DNA from: Zootoca vivipara | Lineage: Eukaryota | Direction: 5' to 3' | Assembly: GCF_963506605.1 (NCBI RefSeq) | Contig: NC_083288.1 | Span: forward strand, 29,574,001-29,638,000 | DNA length: 64,000 nucleotides | In this document: piece by piece, positions 22,203 through 34,372 of the stretch | Numbering within the stretch: the stretch's first letter is position 1 | Layout: every line of letters begins with the position of its first letter | Made by a program: the position numbers and the translations under genes | Notes under the pieces: generated by a model | What the model was told of the DNA's origin: nothing | Database searches by the model: none | Seen by the model: only the letters and a program-made list of their open reading frames with translations

Positions 22203-24213
22203 AGACTTCCGGTCTGCCACGCTGGAAAGAAGACGCAGAGACCTCGAGCTCCGAGGTCTCTGGCATCGCGGAGGGGGGGAAATCCGCGGGGCGCACGGAT
22301 TCCCCAAAAGAACCCCGGGAAGAGCGTCCCTGGGGGCTTAGCAGCCCAGCTGAGCTCCGAAACTTGGCGATTCCTTCGCTGCCCGGGAGGTTCAGTAGAA
22401 CCGGCCGTGAGCCAGCGGAGTGGAGTCGCGGGAGCCATTTTGGGCACCACCGTCACCTCCGAGTAGCGAAGCCCCGAGTCTTCTACCAGCAAGCGGCAGA
22501 TTCTTCTAAAGAAACAAAAGATTTGGACAAAGTAAGTGAAATCTCTAATTGGATTTATCAGAATTTAATCGGAATTTTAGGAAGAGTTTTAAAAAATGGA
22601 AGTCGATCTCTTCCTACTGTGGACTTTAGAGGGGCGAAAATATCCCAAAGCCGAAAGGGAGAAGGACAGTTTCAAAAACTCCAAAGAAAGAAAGCCTTTT
22701 TAACCCCTTCTTGACCTTGGAGCCGGCACCCTACGAGGAGCAGCAAGGCTATTAAGAAATAAATTTGACAGCTGTCAAAAAGGGAAAGGAGAAATTTTCG
22801 TTAAGGACGCTATTTGATATTGGAAGATGTTAAAGAGTTTGAAAAAAGGTTAGCCAAGATGGAGGTAACCGTTCTCAAGGAAGGAAATTTCCAGTGTCTA
22901 CTGTCTTCTAATCTCCATTCTGCTTGTGGTTAAGAAAGAATGTCAACAACCTACTCAGCAGCCTTCCGGCAGACTGTTTTAAACTACTTGGAAATTCTGG
23001 GAGAAATGAGAGATCTCTTAAAGGGACAGGAACAACTTAGTTCACCGTTGACGAATACAGTGGATTATGATCAGGACCAAGACAACATTTTTGAAAAGGA
23101 AAGGGCTCTCAAAAATCAAGAAGAGGATGATGCTCAACAAAAGGTGGAAAAAGAAGAAGATGAATATAAGAGTACCAACACTAGCAGCTTTTGGAATTTA
23201 AGTGAGAAAGCAATCCTTGAGGAGAAGCATCACCCCCCCCCCAATGGATAATGATATTTGAAAATGGGGAGACTGAGGAAAATGGAAAAGAGAGAAGTGA
23301 GATTGAGGGGTGGGAAAAGCAGAGGGAGGGGAACACAGAGACTGGAAGTTTGATTTGGGAAAGACTTGGTGTGGGCTGAAAAAAGTGGTAAATTGGTAAT
23401 TTAGTCTGGCTGAAAAACGGTTCTGAAATCTTGGCTGGATGAAGGATATGCTGTACCAACGGGGGAAAGACTCCGGTGGGAAGAAGAGGGTGTTTAAGAG
23501 AATAATGTTAAGATGTTTGGTTAGAGATCTTAATAATATGTAATAATTGATATTTCTTGTGGGGGGTAGAGGAAGGGCTGGGGGAAAGAAATTTTAGATT
23601 TGTGGAGTAGCAAAGTTATGTTTAGACAGGTAGTTGGGTGGATAGCCACATATCTCCCTCCCTATCGACCTGAAACCTCTGGTGGCAGGGGGGGCTTTGG
23701 GGGGAGGGAGGGGTGGAAGGAAACCCAATTACAAATTAGACCTCCCTTGGAGTGTCGTACCTCATGGGTGCCCCTTGTGGCAGGAGTTTTAAGAATTAGA
23801 ATAGGAAATAAGAATAAGAAACCCGCCATAATTATATTTAAGAATCATGAAAATCAGGAAGAAGGGATCTGAGGAAGTCACAAATATAATGTCTAACAAA
23901 TTAAGAATTTGATATTTTTTTATTTGTTTGTTTGTCTGTCTATTATGCTGAAAGATATAAATGATTGGGGGGTTCCCTATCCCAATCTCTCCTTATTTCT
24001 CGGGGCCTCCTGGTGGCGGGGGGGGGGGTTCAGGAGCTGGGGAGAGGGGGGTGGGGACAAAACCAGCCTTAAAATGGACTACCTTCGACTCTCAACACCC
24101 GCAGGATCCACTTGTGGCAGAAGGGGACTTGTGGGGGGAGGGGGGAGACGGTGGGCAGAAATGTTCTTTTTTAATGTTTTGTCTTTTTGTGTTATTATTA
24201 TTATTATTTTAAA
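22203..24213 (+). mobile_element. ~2.0-kb non-autonomous L1-type retroposon related to 398-2483
   Basis: TSD aagaatact(a/c)cagatatcc at 22184-22202 and 24214-24232; empty site at ~61822; starts gacttccggt; shares 5' and 3' motifs with 398-2483. Confidence 0.85.
22940..23251 (+). CDS. 103-aa ORF (helical N-terminus, acidic tail) in the non-autonomous retroposon
   Basis: MSTTYSAAFRQTVL versus MSTKRYSPEFQRSVL at 1195; same relative position in the element. Confidence 0.45.
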   Translation: MSTTYSAAFRQTVLNYLEILGEMRDLLKGQEQLSSPLTNTVDYDQDQDNIFEKERALKNQEEDDAQQKVEKEEDEYKSTNTSSFWNLSEKAILEEKHHPPPNG

Positions 24214-24305
24214 AAGAATACTCCAGATATCCCCCCACCGCCCCCAAGTAAAATCTATGTGGAGATAAGCAGTGACACTAACTGTGAGGTGGTATGTGTC
24301 AAATG

Positions 24306-24395
24306 CATAGCTGCCAAGTTATCCCTTTTTTAAAGGGATTTTCCCTTATGCTGAATAGGCTTCCTCGCGAGAAAAGGGAAAACGTGGCAGCTATG
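24306..24395. mobile_element. 90-bp MITE with an 8-bp TSD
   Basis: TIR catagctgcca / tggcagctatg; TSD gtcaaatg; absent from paralogs (~31657, ~61983). Confidence 0.85.
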
Positions 24396-26002
24396 GTCAA
24401 ATGACAGTTTAAAAATTGTCAGTCTCTACAAGTGCATGGACTGAACTGAGATAGGGCAAAATAATGCTCTTCAGATGGTTATATGGGCCATCTCTACAGG
24501 CGGGTCAGCCCACAGAATGTCAAGTCCATACACTCATCCTACAGTTAAACTCATGGTAACTGACGGGGTAATATTTAAAGGAGAAATTCTAGACCCCAAT
24601 AGCTTCAGACTAGTGCAGTGGTGTGCGGTCATTGGACTAAGGGGACTAGGCTAGTCCTCTAAATGTTCCCCTGGTGCCTCCTTTCCAAAGCCCAGGAAGC
24701 TTCTGCCCAGCTTAGGGAAGGAGGTACGAGGCTCCAATGGGTCCAACATCCATCCTGCCATTTTCCCAAAGCCCATCTGGCTTTTGGAAGGAGACAGGAG
24801 GGCTCCAGCAGCATGTCAGAGCCCTACCACCACCTCCACATTGTGACCTAAGCTTCTGCCCAGCTGAGGGATGGAGGTGCAATGCTCACATGCCTGACAT
24901 CAGGAAATCACAACATCACACACATGATATTGACCCCCCCCCCAATGCCCTTTGGAAGTTAGTGCCTCTGGCCCTAGCTGTTCCCCTATGAGAAATTTCA
25001 CCGCATGCCACTGGAATAGTAGGCTCAATGAAAGCAAAATAAAAATTATAAAGGATTTGCTGAAAAATGCCTTTGACTCCAAAAAGATATTTATTTGGCA
25101 TCACAAAATGACTGGACCATGTGACTAGAAAAAGGAAAATCCCCTGCTGAGCTCTTGTTCAATAGAAAACTCAGGACCAAACTACAATGTGCAGAATACC
25201 TGAACTGTGACTTAATACTAGTTCAGTCTCAGATACAAAAGAAATGGAGACAAAAAATGTATTATGCCACAGGGTTATAAGCACAAATCCCATTACAACC
25301 AAAGGTGACCGTCAAAATGCATGATGGTATCATCTGACACAAAGGTCTTTTAACAAAAAAGTAACTTCAAGATCATATCAAATACAGGACTCAGATTGCC
25401 AAGTATTCAAATGCAACAGAAAGCATCTACTTCAGATATTATAAAAGGGAGGAAAGAATGGCAGAAGTAGGAGGAACACAGTGGGGGAGGGATACTGAGC
25501 TAGTCATATCTCATACAAGTATTTTAAATATTATATAGTAAGTTGTTTTGAAACAGGATGGTATATTTACATGCCTTGATTATTTGTGTTAGACCCATAG
25601 GGCAAAGTCTTTAAAAAACCACCATGGTTGTTTTGTGTGGGACTCCTGGGTCCAAGCATCCAGAAACACAATTGCTAATTTGTTTGGGGCTCTTGAGATC
25701 AAACTCCCAGGAACATAAATGGAATAATAATAATAATTTCCACCCAATGGTAAAAGCATCATTCTGCAAGTGTATACAAACATTTTGACTGTCTCAGAAG
25801 AAAAGCAGGGAGAGATTTAAAAATAAAATGTTCCATGAGTGGCTAGAAGAATACAGAACATCTTAAAGTGATGAAGAAATTGCATCTGGAAATCTATTCT
25901 CTATAAAGGAAAAGAGTAAGGTGTTTATATTTTTTATAGCATTAGTGATACCTGGATAGCTTTTGGAGAGCAAAATGCAGACAATACTACTATACTATAG
26001 TC

Positions 26003-26461
26003 CAGTGGTTCCCAACAGGTGGTCTGGGGACCCCCAGAGGTCCGCGAGCTATGCCAGAGGGGTCCGCAAGATGCTATTAGAATAAAAAATATATTAAATA
26101 TATTTCGTATGATAACAGATTTTTTGTTTTGGCCGCTTCCTGCATGAGCAGAGTCTAGCGCAAAACTAGAATTAGATAGAGGCAGTAGTTTTGCTGTATG
26201 CCGTTAAGTGGCACTTTACAAACACTACTGATTCTACTAACGCTCACCTCCCCAAGATGCTTTGCGCGCGTCGGCTTCATTTGTGCGCTACTGCGCAGGT
26301 ACCCTGTCTTCTCCATTCCCCTCCCTCCTCCCTGGACTCTTATAAAAACACTCTTAATTTGGCTCTCACTTTTTAATTTTAGGATTAGGAATTAATGGGG
26401 GTCCTTGTCACAATAGCGGCTCGATGAGGGGTCCTCAAGAAAATTTTGTTGGGAACCCCTG
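26003..26461. mobile_element. Non-autonomous hAT with the same termini as 14689-16063, in opposite orientation
   Basis: TIR cagtggttcccaac / gttgggaacccctg; TSD ctatagtc (25995-26002, 26462-26469); empty sites at ~5934, 11687, 53088. Confidence 0.92.
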
Positions 26462-27644
26462 CTATAGTCTATTGTGTAGAATGGGAAATTGTCCTTGTTC
26501 TAGGTTTCTCCAGAAACCTAATATCGACTGCACATAGAAAAACCAGAGACCTGGTTTCCATGACAAGCAAAGCCAAATTTTGCTCAGTGGGACTGCATAA
26601 ATGTGCAACCTCATGGAGAGAGGATTATAATTGCTTTGCTACTCCATGCTCCTTTGTACAGCCCTCAGAAGCTACAACAGGTTTTGACAGAAAATATGCC
26701 AAGGATGGAGGCTGAACTGCAGCAGTAGCAAAATCGAAGTAATCAAAATCGAAGTAATAACTATCAAAATGTGTGTTGTAAATATGGAGATGATAGCAAG
26801 AGGCATCTGCCCTCTCCACATTTTTTTCTGCAGACGTCCACATAGATAGAAAATATGCCAAGGATGGAGGCTGAACTTCAGCAGTGGCAACATTCATCTC
26901 CAAGTAATTCTGGTTAGCAGCATCTACTATTTTTGAAACAGCAGTAGTTTATTTTTATTTTTTAATTCATGATTTTCAGTTATATACATTTCAATTCAAA
27001 ACTCGAATCTTTCTGTAGTTCCTTGAATTTATTTTTATCATTTCCTGCATATTCTATATTACCTTAACTTATTCTTTTATTCATCTACCTTAATTGTATA
27101 CTCTTATGAAACTGCAGTTTATTATAGTAATCCTGCCAATGTCTTTATCTGTTTACAATTTGTTTGTAAATATTCAATAAACCATTTCCATTCTTTTATA
27201 AAAAGTTCATCTTGATTTCTTATTTTTCCAGTAAATTTCACCATTTCTGCATAGTCCACAAGTTTTTGTATCCATTCTTTCACGAGACTTCCTCTTGCCA
27301 TTTTTGGGCAAATAATATTCTTGCCACTGTAGTAGCATACATGAACAAATTTCTATACTGTTTGGGAAGAGTTGTACTCCTATAATTCCCAGGAGGGGAA
27401 AAAAGGAATACTTAGCAGTAACTTATTTTAAGATAATGGTGCATTATCTATATGGAGTTGAAAGCTAAGTTCTTCTTTAGATGAAGATTTATTATTACAC
27501 CGTTTTTTTCACTTCTTTATTTTAAATCTACATCCCACAAAAACCACACCCAAATCAGTATTGGATAACAAATATTTGTTATCAGAAGAGGACTTAAACC
27601 TATGCTTGTCTTCCTGTTTTCTTCTAGAAGCAGCAATCATTTTA

Positions 27645-28601
27645 ATGATGAATGCAAAGATAGGCAATGAATCCTCTGTCTCTGAATTTCTACTCCTGGA
27701 GTTTTCAGCTGTACGGGAACTGCAGATTCTATACTTCTCTCTGTTCCTGTTATTGTACCTGGCAACTGTATTTGGGAATCTTCTCATCATCTCTGCTGTA
27801 GCTTTTGACCACCACCTTCACACTCCCATGTACTTCTTTCTGATGAACCTGGCCATACAGGACATAGGGGCTGTTTCAGTCACCATCCCCAAATCTATGG
27901 CCAATTCTCTCATGAATATCAGACACATATCTTATGCTGGATGTGTTGCTCAAGTGCTTTCGTTATTTTTCTTTTTATCATCTGATGTCGCCCTTCTTAC
28001 AGTCATGGCATACGATCGCCATGTTGCAATTTGCAATCCCTTACAATATGAAATGGTGATGAACAGGGCAGCCTGCAAACAAATGGTTGGTGGTGTGTGG
28101 GTTGCTGGCCTTCTCAATGCTGTCATGCACACTAGTGCAACTTTTGCAACCCCTTTCTGTTCAAACATTGTCAATCAGTTTTTCTGTGAGATCCCACAGT
28201 TACTTACACTTGCCTGCTCTAATCTCTACCTAGTAGAAATTGGAGTCTTGTTGCTGAGCATAGCATTTGCGTTTGGATGTTTTGTCTTCATTGTTGTCAC
28301 TTATGTGCACATTTTTACTGCAGTTCTGAAACTCCCTTCTGTACAGGGAAGGAAAAAGGCCTTCTCCACTTGCATACCCCACCTTGTTGTCTTCTCTGTG
28401 TTTTGTTTCACACCATCTTTTGCGTACCTTAGGCTTCCCTCTAAAACTCCATCTGACCTGGACTTTGCATTAACTGTGATGTATACCATTGTCCCACCCT
28501 TGTTCAATCCAATAATTTACAGCATGAGAAATAAGGAGATAAAAAATGCTTTATCAAAGCTGTTGGGTTTGAGGCAATCTTCTCTGAAAAGGTATAATTA
28601 A
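27645..28601 (+). CDS. Olfactory receptor, family-14-like, open (318 aa; DRH variant)
   Basis: OR motifs present; MAYDRHVAIC; 24-bp in-frame deletion in the C-tail relative to 7651-8631. Confidence 0.92.
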   Translation: MMNAKIGNESSVSEFLLLEFSAVRELQILYFSLFLLLYLATVFGNLLIISAVAFDHHLHTPMYFFLMNLAIQDIGAVSVTIPKSMANSLMNIRHISYAGCVAQVLSLFFFLSSDVALLTVMAYDRHVAICNPLQYEMVMNRAACKQMVGGVWVAGLLNAVMHTSATFATPFCSNIVNQFFCEIPQLLTLACSNLYLVEIGVLLLSIAFAFGCFVFIVVTYVHIFTAVLKLPSVQGRKKAFSTCIPHLVVFSVFCFTPSFAYLRLPSKTPSDLDFALTVMYTIVPPLFNPIIYSMRNKEIKNALSKLLGLRQSSLKRYN

Positions 28602-28833
28602 AGAGATTTCCTGGAACAAAGCATCATTTCAAGTGAAATCTTCCTGATAGATTCAGATATGCAAACTCAACATCTGCATTGTTTAAAATGGTCATCTTGC
28701 ATTCCTTTAGCTCAGCTGTATCTTTCACACTTTTGCTTGTCAGATCCCATGGCATGTTGATAACACATTTACGTATGTATGTTGACATTTATACCCCATT
28801 GTTCACTTGCATGATTCTTAAAGTGGCCTACAG

Positions 28834-29720
28834 TGACCGTGCCCCATATAAAAGGGGTGCACATTTTGCACGGTCGCACTTAGCACCCTGGGAGCCTCAG
28901 GCAGCCCCCAGCAGTTCGGAGGCTGGCACCACCTTCCCAGGCTGGATACCTGTGGTCTCTGCCCACACAGCCAGCCGTCCAATCCAGCCGGGGGAGGTGT
29001 TGCCGGGGGGGGGGGATTGGCAAGGTAGGAGGAGGTAACCATCCAGTGCCCACAGCAGAAGGCGAGACATACATGGGAAGCATTCAACGACTCCAGAGCT
29101 TTCCCACCCTCCACTCCCAAAAGTTAATGCTTACATTACAGGATAACCCCCTTTTTTCTTCCGCAGGCAAACATGCACGCTGAAGCTGCTACGACAAGGC
29201 CGCTGTTGAAGGGCTGGAAATGACTTTCCTTGCATTGGCAGGTTTTGCCTTTCCCGTAGCAATTTGTCACAACTTTGGTGGTTGCAGGCCTTGGGCAGAA
29301 TCCTTTAGACATTTACCAAAATTTGGGGTGTGTGGGGGAGGTAGCCCCCCCACCCCCATTGCGGTGGTGATACCAGAATTCCTGTTAAAGGGGTCTAGGA
29401 GGGAGGCATTGACCATTCGCCCAGGGGCTGTCAGTGGCCTCCCCCTCCAGCAGCAGCGAAAAGGGGGGGCGGGCTATCTGCTTGAACATATGTTCTCCAG
29501 AGCTAGCCCAACCCCCATATATCCTGGATAACCCAGAAATTACCCAGATCCCCGGCTGGGGGGCTGGGAAGGATAAACGCCCAATGTCTGTGCCAAGGTC
29601 TCCCTACACCTAAATCTTAATAAAGTTGTGGCCAATTTTAATCCCATAGAACATTGTCTGGTGGTGTTATTCTGCCTGGGGGCTGCCTGGGGTTTTGGGG
29701 GTCTCTGCCTGACCACGCAA
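28834..29720 (+). mobile_element. 887-bp insertion without a TSD; possibly a DIRS/Ngaro-type (tyrosine recombinase) non-autonomous element
   Basis: Paralog at 46095-46115 reads cctacag|taggctg. The insert has a TATAAAA near its start and aataaagttgtggcc near its end, with no duplication. Family assignment is tentative. Confidence 0.55.
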
Positions 29721-30453
29721 TAGGCTGAACACATCTCAGCAACCCTTAATCTTCTACAATATGGATGGTAACAGGTCATGTTTCCTTTCAGCCCTGACAC
29801 CCCGCAGCATGTAAACAGCACTTTTAACCTAGTATTCAGGTTTTCAAGGTAGTGTCTCTTTGACATCTGATGGGAGGGCGTTCCACAGGGTGGGCGCCAC
29901 CACCGAGAAGGCCACCACTGAGAAAATATGTTGCCATCTAACGGAAGCTCAGGAGAAAATACAAAAAAGAGAAACCTCCTCACTGGACAATGCAGATTTT
30001 TACATCACTACTGAAATAAGAACAGAATAGGTACCAGAGGTATTCACCATTCCCTTAGAAGCAGCATAGATAAAGGTGATTGCAATGGTCAGATCTTGAG
30101 TCAGCAGCAGTCAGAGTTTATTAAAACACCAACCAATCTGGAAGAACTGGTGAGTCAAAAAATACAGAACTTTGCTGTCAAACAGAGTGGGATTGTATGT
30201 CAGCTAGATAGAGGGACTGTTTGTCATTTAGACAGCAACCTGGAGAGAGAAGGACTTTTTCTGATTGGGATTAGGAACTAGCTAAACATGGATGACCAAT
30301 TTAATTCCTTGAAGGGGAATTAAAAAGTTTAGGAGAAGTTGTAAGATAGTTGCTAGGATAGTGAAACAAATGCCCATTATAAATGGAAATAATCTATCCT
30401 GCAAAGAGGTTTGAAGAAATGTGCTGACTGGGGTTTTAAAGTTCAGTGTAAAG

Positions 30454-31160
30454 CAGTGATGGCGAACCTATGACACGCGTGTCAGACGTGACACGCAGAG
30501 CCCTCACTGCTGGCACGCGCCCCATCTGCCCATTCACGCTGTTGTTGTTCCACCCCCATTTGTTCTCCCGCTCCTCCTACAACTTGTCTCCGCTGTTAAA
30601 ACCCGGGTCCTTTTGTTGTGGTGGTTGTTGTTGTTGCTGGTAGCCAGAGATTGGTTTTTTAACCCTTTCTGTGCTGTTTTTTCTGGCGCTTTGACAGACT
30701 ATGTTTGGGTGTAACAGCGTTCATTTTTTAAGCCGTTCTGTGCTGGTTTTTTTGGTGCTTTGGCAGACTATGTCGGTGCTGCATGTCAGTTCCAGCGAAG
30801 GTATTATTCATTATTTATTTCTGTTCTCTGCCCCCAAAGCGCAGCAGCTTTGGGGCACCCCCTCAAAAAAAGCAAAGCAACTTTTGCACCCCCCAAAAAA
30901 CCTCCAAAACTTTGGTCAGCAGCTCCTCCCAAAAAGCTCAACAACTCTGGGCACTTTGTGATAAATAAGGGTTTTTTGGTTTGGTTTGGTTAAATAATTA
31001 GGTTTTGATACAGTTATCTATTACAATTATACATTTTTGTTATTTAAACTATAAATATCACGAAATTATGGTTTTTTTCTCGACGTGACACACCACCCGA
31101 GTTATGCTCGGTTTTTTGGCAAATTTTGATACACCAAGCTCAAAAGGTTGCCCATCACTG
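30454..31160. mobile_element. Non-autonomous hAT with hAT1/nhAT1-like termini
   Basis: TIR cagtgatggcgaacct / aggttgcccatcactg; TSD gtgtaaag; empty site at ~9939. Confidence 0.88.
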
Positions 31161-34129
31161 GTGTAAAGAGTGTCTGCCTGAAACTACATATTGTGTCTTA
31201 CATGAATAAGCATGAATAAAATGAAGTGTCGAGCCTTAGAAGAGTAACCGTTAAGTTGTAACCCACAATGAGTGTTAGTAAACAGATGTATCCAGTGTTG
31301 TTACGTACTAAGGAGAGTTGTATCTTTTAAATACTGAGAAAAATGGTCATGCTATCCAGTCGCGTGTCAAGACCATCAAACCAACCCCCCATTGGAATAA
31401 AGAACTTCAAACGGACACAGAATTTAAGTTTAAGGTTATTGGTCAAATTTTGGCCACAACTTTATTGATTACAAATGTGAGCGGTATTGGCTTAGGCATT
31501 GGCTAAAGATTATATCTTTTGAGGATTTCCCCCCGGGTGAAATCTAAGGTATTTCTGAGAGTTTACACCTGGTTGAAATTTAGTGGTGGTTCATGCATTG
31601 CCCAGAGCTTTTAGCACAGTGGAGATATGCAGTGAGACTGACTGTGAGGTGGTATGTGGCAAATGATAGTTTAAAAATGGCCAGTCTCTACAAGTGCATG
31701 GACTGAACTGAGATAGGACAAAATAATGCTCTTCAGATGGTTATATGGGCCATCTCTACAGGCGAGTCAGCGCACAGAATGTCAAGTCCATACACCCATC
31801 TGACCCCAATAGCTTCAGAATAGTGTAATGCTGTGCAGTCATCGGACTAAGGGGACTAGGCTAGTCCCCTAAATGTTCCTCTGGTGTCTACTTGCCAAAG
31901 CCCAGGAAGTTTCTGCCCAGCTTAGGGAAGGAGGTACAAGGCTCCAATGGGTCCAAGATCCATCCTGTCATCTTCCCAAAGCCCATCCACACACATGACA
32001 TAACGCCCCCCCCCCCAATGCCCTTTGCGAGTTAGTGCCTCTGGCCCTAATGGCTCCCCTATGAAAAATTTCACCACATGCCACTAGACTGGCAGGCTCG
32101 ATGAAGGCAAAATAAAAATTATAAAGCATTTGCTGAAAAAAGCCTCTGACTCAAAACAGATCTTTATTTGGCATTACAAAATGACTAGAAAAACGAACAT
32201 CTCTGCTGAGCTCTTGTTAAACAGAAAACTCAGGACCAGACTACAGTGTGCAGAATACCTGAACTGTGACTTAACACAAGGCGTTCAGTCTCAGATAGAA
32301 AAGAGATGGAGACAAAAAATGTGTGATGGCACAGGTTTATAAGCACAATCCCACTACAACCAAAGGTGACCGTCAAATGCATGATGGTATCATGTGGACA
32401 CATAGGCTCTCTTAACAAAAAAGTAACTTCCAGATCATATCAAATACAGGACTCAGATTGTCAAGTATTCCAATGCAACAGAAAGCATCTACTTCAGATA
32501 TTATAAAAGGGAGGAAAGAATAGCAGAAGTAGGAGGAACACAGTGGGGGGGATACTGAGCTAGACATATCTCATACAAGTATTTTAAATGTTATATAGTA
32601 AGTTGTTTTGAAACAGGATGGTTTATTTACATGCCTTGATTATCTGTGTTAGACCCATAGGGCAAAGTCTTTAAAAAACCACCATGGTTGTTTTGTGTGT
32701 GACTCCTGAGTCCAAGCATCCAGGAACACAATTGCTAATTTGTTTGGGGCTCTTGAGATCAAACTCCCAGGAACATAAATAGAATAATAGTAATAATTTC
32801 CCACCCAATGGTAAAAGCATCATTCTGCAAGTGTATACAAACATTTTGACTGTCTCAGAAGAAAAGCAGGGAGAGATTTAGAAAGAAAATGTTCCATGAG
32901 TGGCTAGAAGAATACAGAACATCTTAAAGTGATGATGAATTTGCATCTTTTCTATAAAGGGAAAGAATAAGATGTTTATATTTTTTATAGCATTAGTGAT
33001 ATCTGGATAGCTTTTGGAGAGCAAAATGTAGACAATACTACTATAGTCTATTGTGTAGAATGGGAAATTGTCCTTGTTCTAGGTTTTTTAGAAATGGCCA
33101 GTCTCTACAAGTGCATGGCCTGAACTGAGATAGGGCAAAAGAATACTCTTCAGATGGTTATATGGGCCATCTCTACAGGTGGGTCAGCCCACAGAATGTC
33201 AAGTCCATACACTCACCCTACAGTTAAATGCATGGTAACTAATGGCGTAGTATTAGAGACATTAGAGTCCCAAATAGCTTCAGACTAGTGCAGTGGTGAG
33301 CAGTCATGGGGACTAGGCTAGTCCCCTAAATGTTCCCCTGGTGCCTCCTTCCCAAAGCCCAGGAAGCTTCTGCCCAGCTTAGGCATCGAGGCGTGACATC
33401 AGGACGTCACAGCGTCACACACATAAAATCGACCCCCACATGCCTTTGCAAGCTAGTGCCTCTGGCCCTAACTGATCCCCTATGAGAAATTTCACTGCCT
33501 GCCACTGGACTGGCGGGGTGGCAGAAAGCAAAATAAAAATTATAAAGAATTTGCTGTAAAATGCCTTAGACTCAAACCTGAGCTTGATTTGGTATTACAA
33601 AATGATTGGGTCACTTAACAAGCTAAGCGCTTATTTAATAGAAAGCTCAGGACTAGACTACAATGTGCACAACACCCTAACTCAGATTTAACACAAGGCA
33701 TTCAGTATCAGATACAAAAGAGCTGGAGGAAAAAATGTGTGACAGCACAGGGTTATAAGCACAAATCCCACTACACCCAAAGGTGACAATCAAAAAGGCA
33801 TGATTGTATCATATGGACACATAGGGCTCTTAAAAAAAAGTAACGCCCACATCATATCAAATACAGACCTCAGATTGTCAAGAATTAAAATACAACAGAA
33901 AGCATCTACTTCAGATATCATAAAAGGGAGGAAAGAATGGAAGAAGCAAGAGGAACACAGTGGGGGGGGGGGACACACTGAGCTAGTCATATCTCACAGA
34001 AGTATTTTAAATGTTATATAGTAAGTTGTTTTGAAACAGGATGGCTTATTTACATACCTTGATTATTTGTGTTAGACTCCTTGGACAAAGTATTAAAAAA
34101 AGACCATTGTTGTTTTGTGTGGGATTCCT

Positions 34130-34372
34130 GAGTTTTGTAAGGAGAATTACATGAATTATTCCAAAAAAGGCCAAAAAGGAATTTATTTAGGATTTGGATT
34201 TTATAGCAATAACTATTCAAATAAAATGCAGAATCAGAAAGAAAGTTAGAAAACAATTAGTCGAGGCTGACGGAAGTGCTAGGCTGTGATAGCCAAAGGT
34301 TTGTTATATTGTATAAAATGGGATGTTATATCTCGAAAACATGTGCAAAAACCAATAAAGAGAGAGAGAGAA
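34130..34372 (+). mobile_element. L1 3'-end fragment
   Basis: gaggctgacggaagt 3'-UTR-like motif, AATAAA and a (GA)n tail; truncates a promoter-block copy. Confidence 0.5.
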
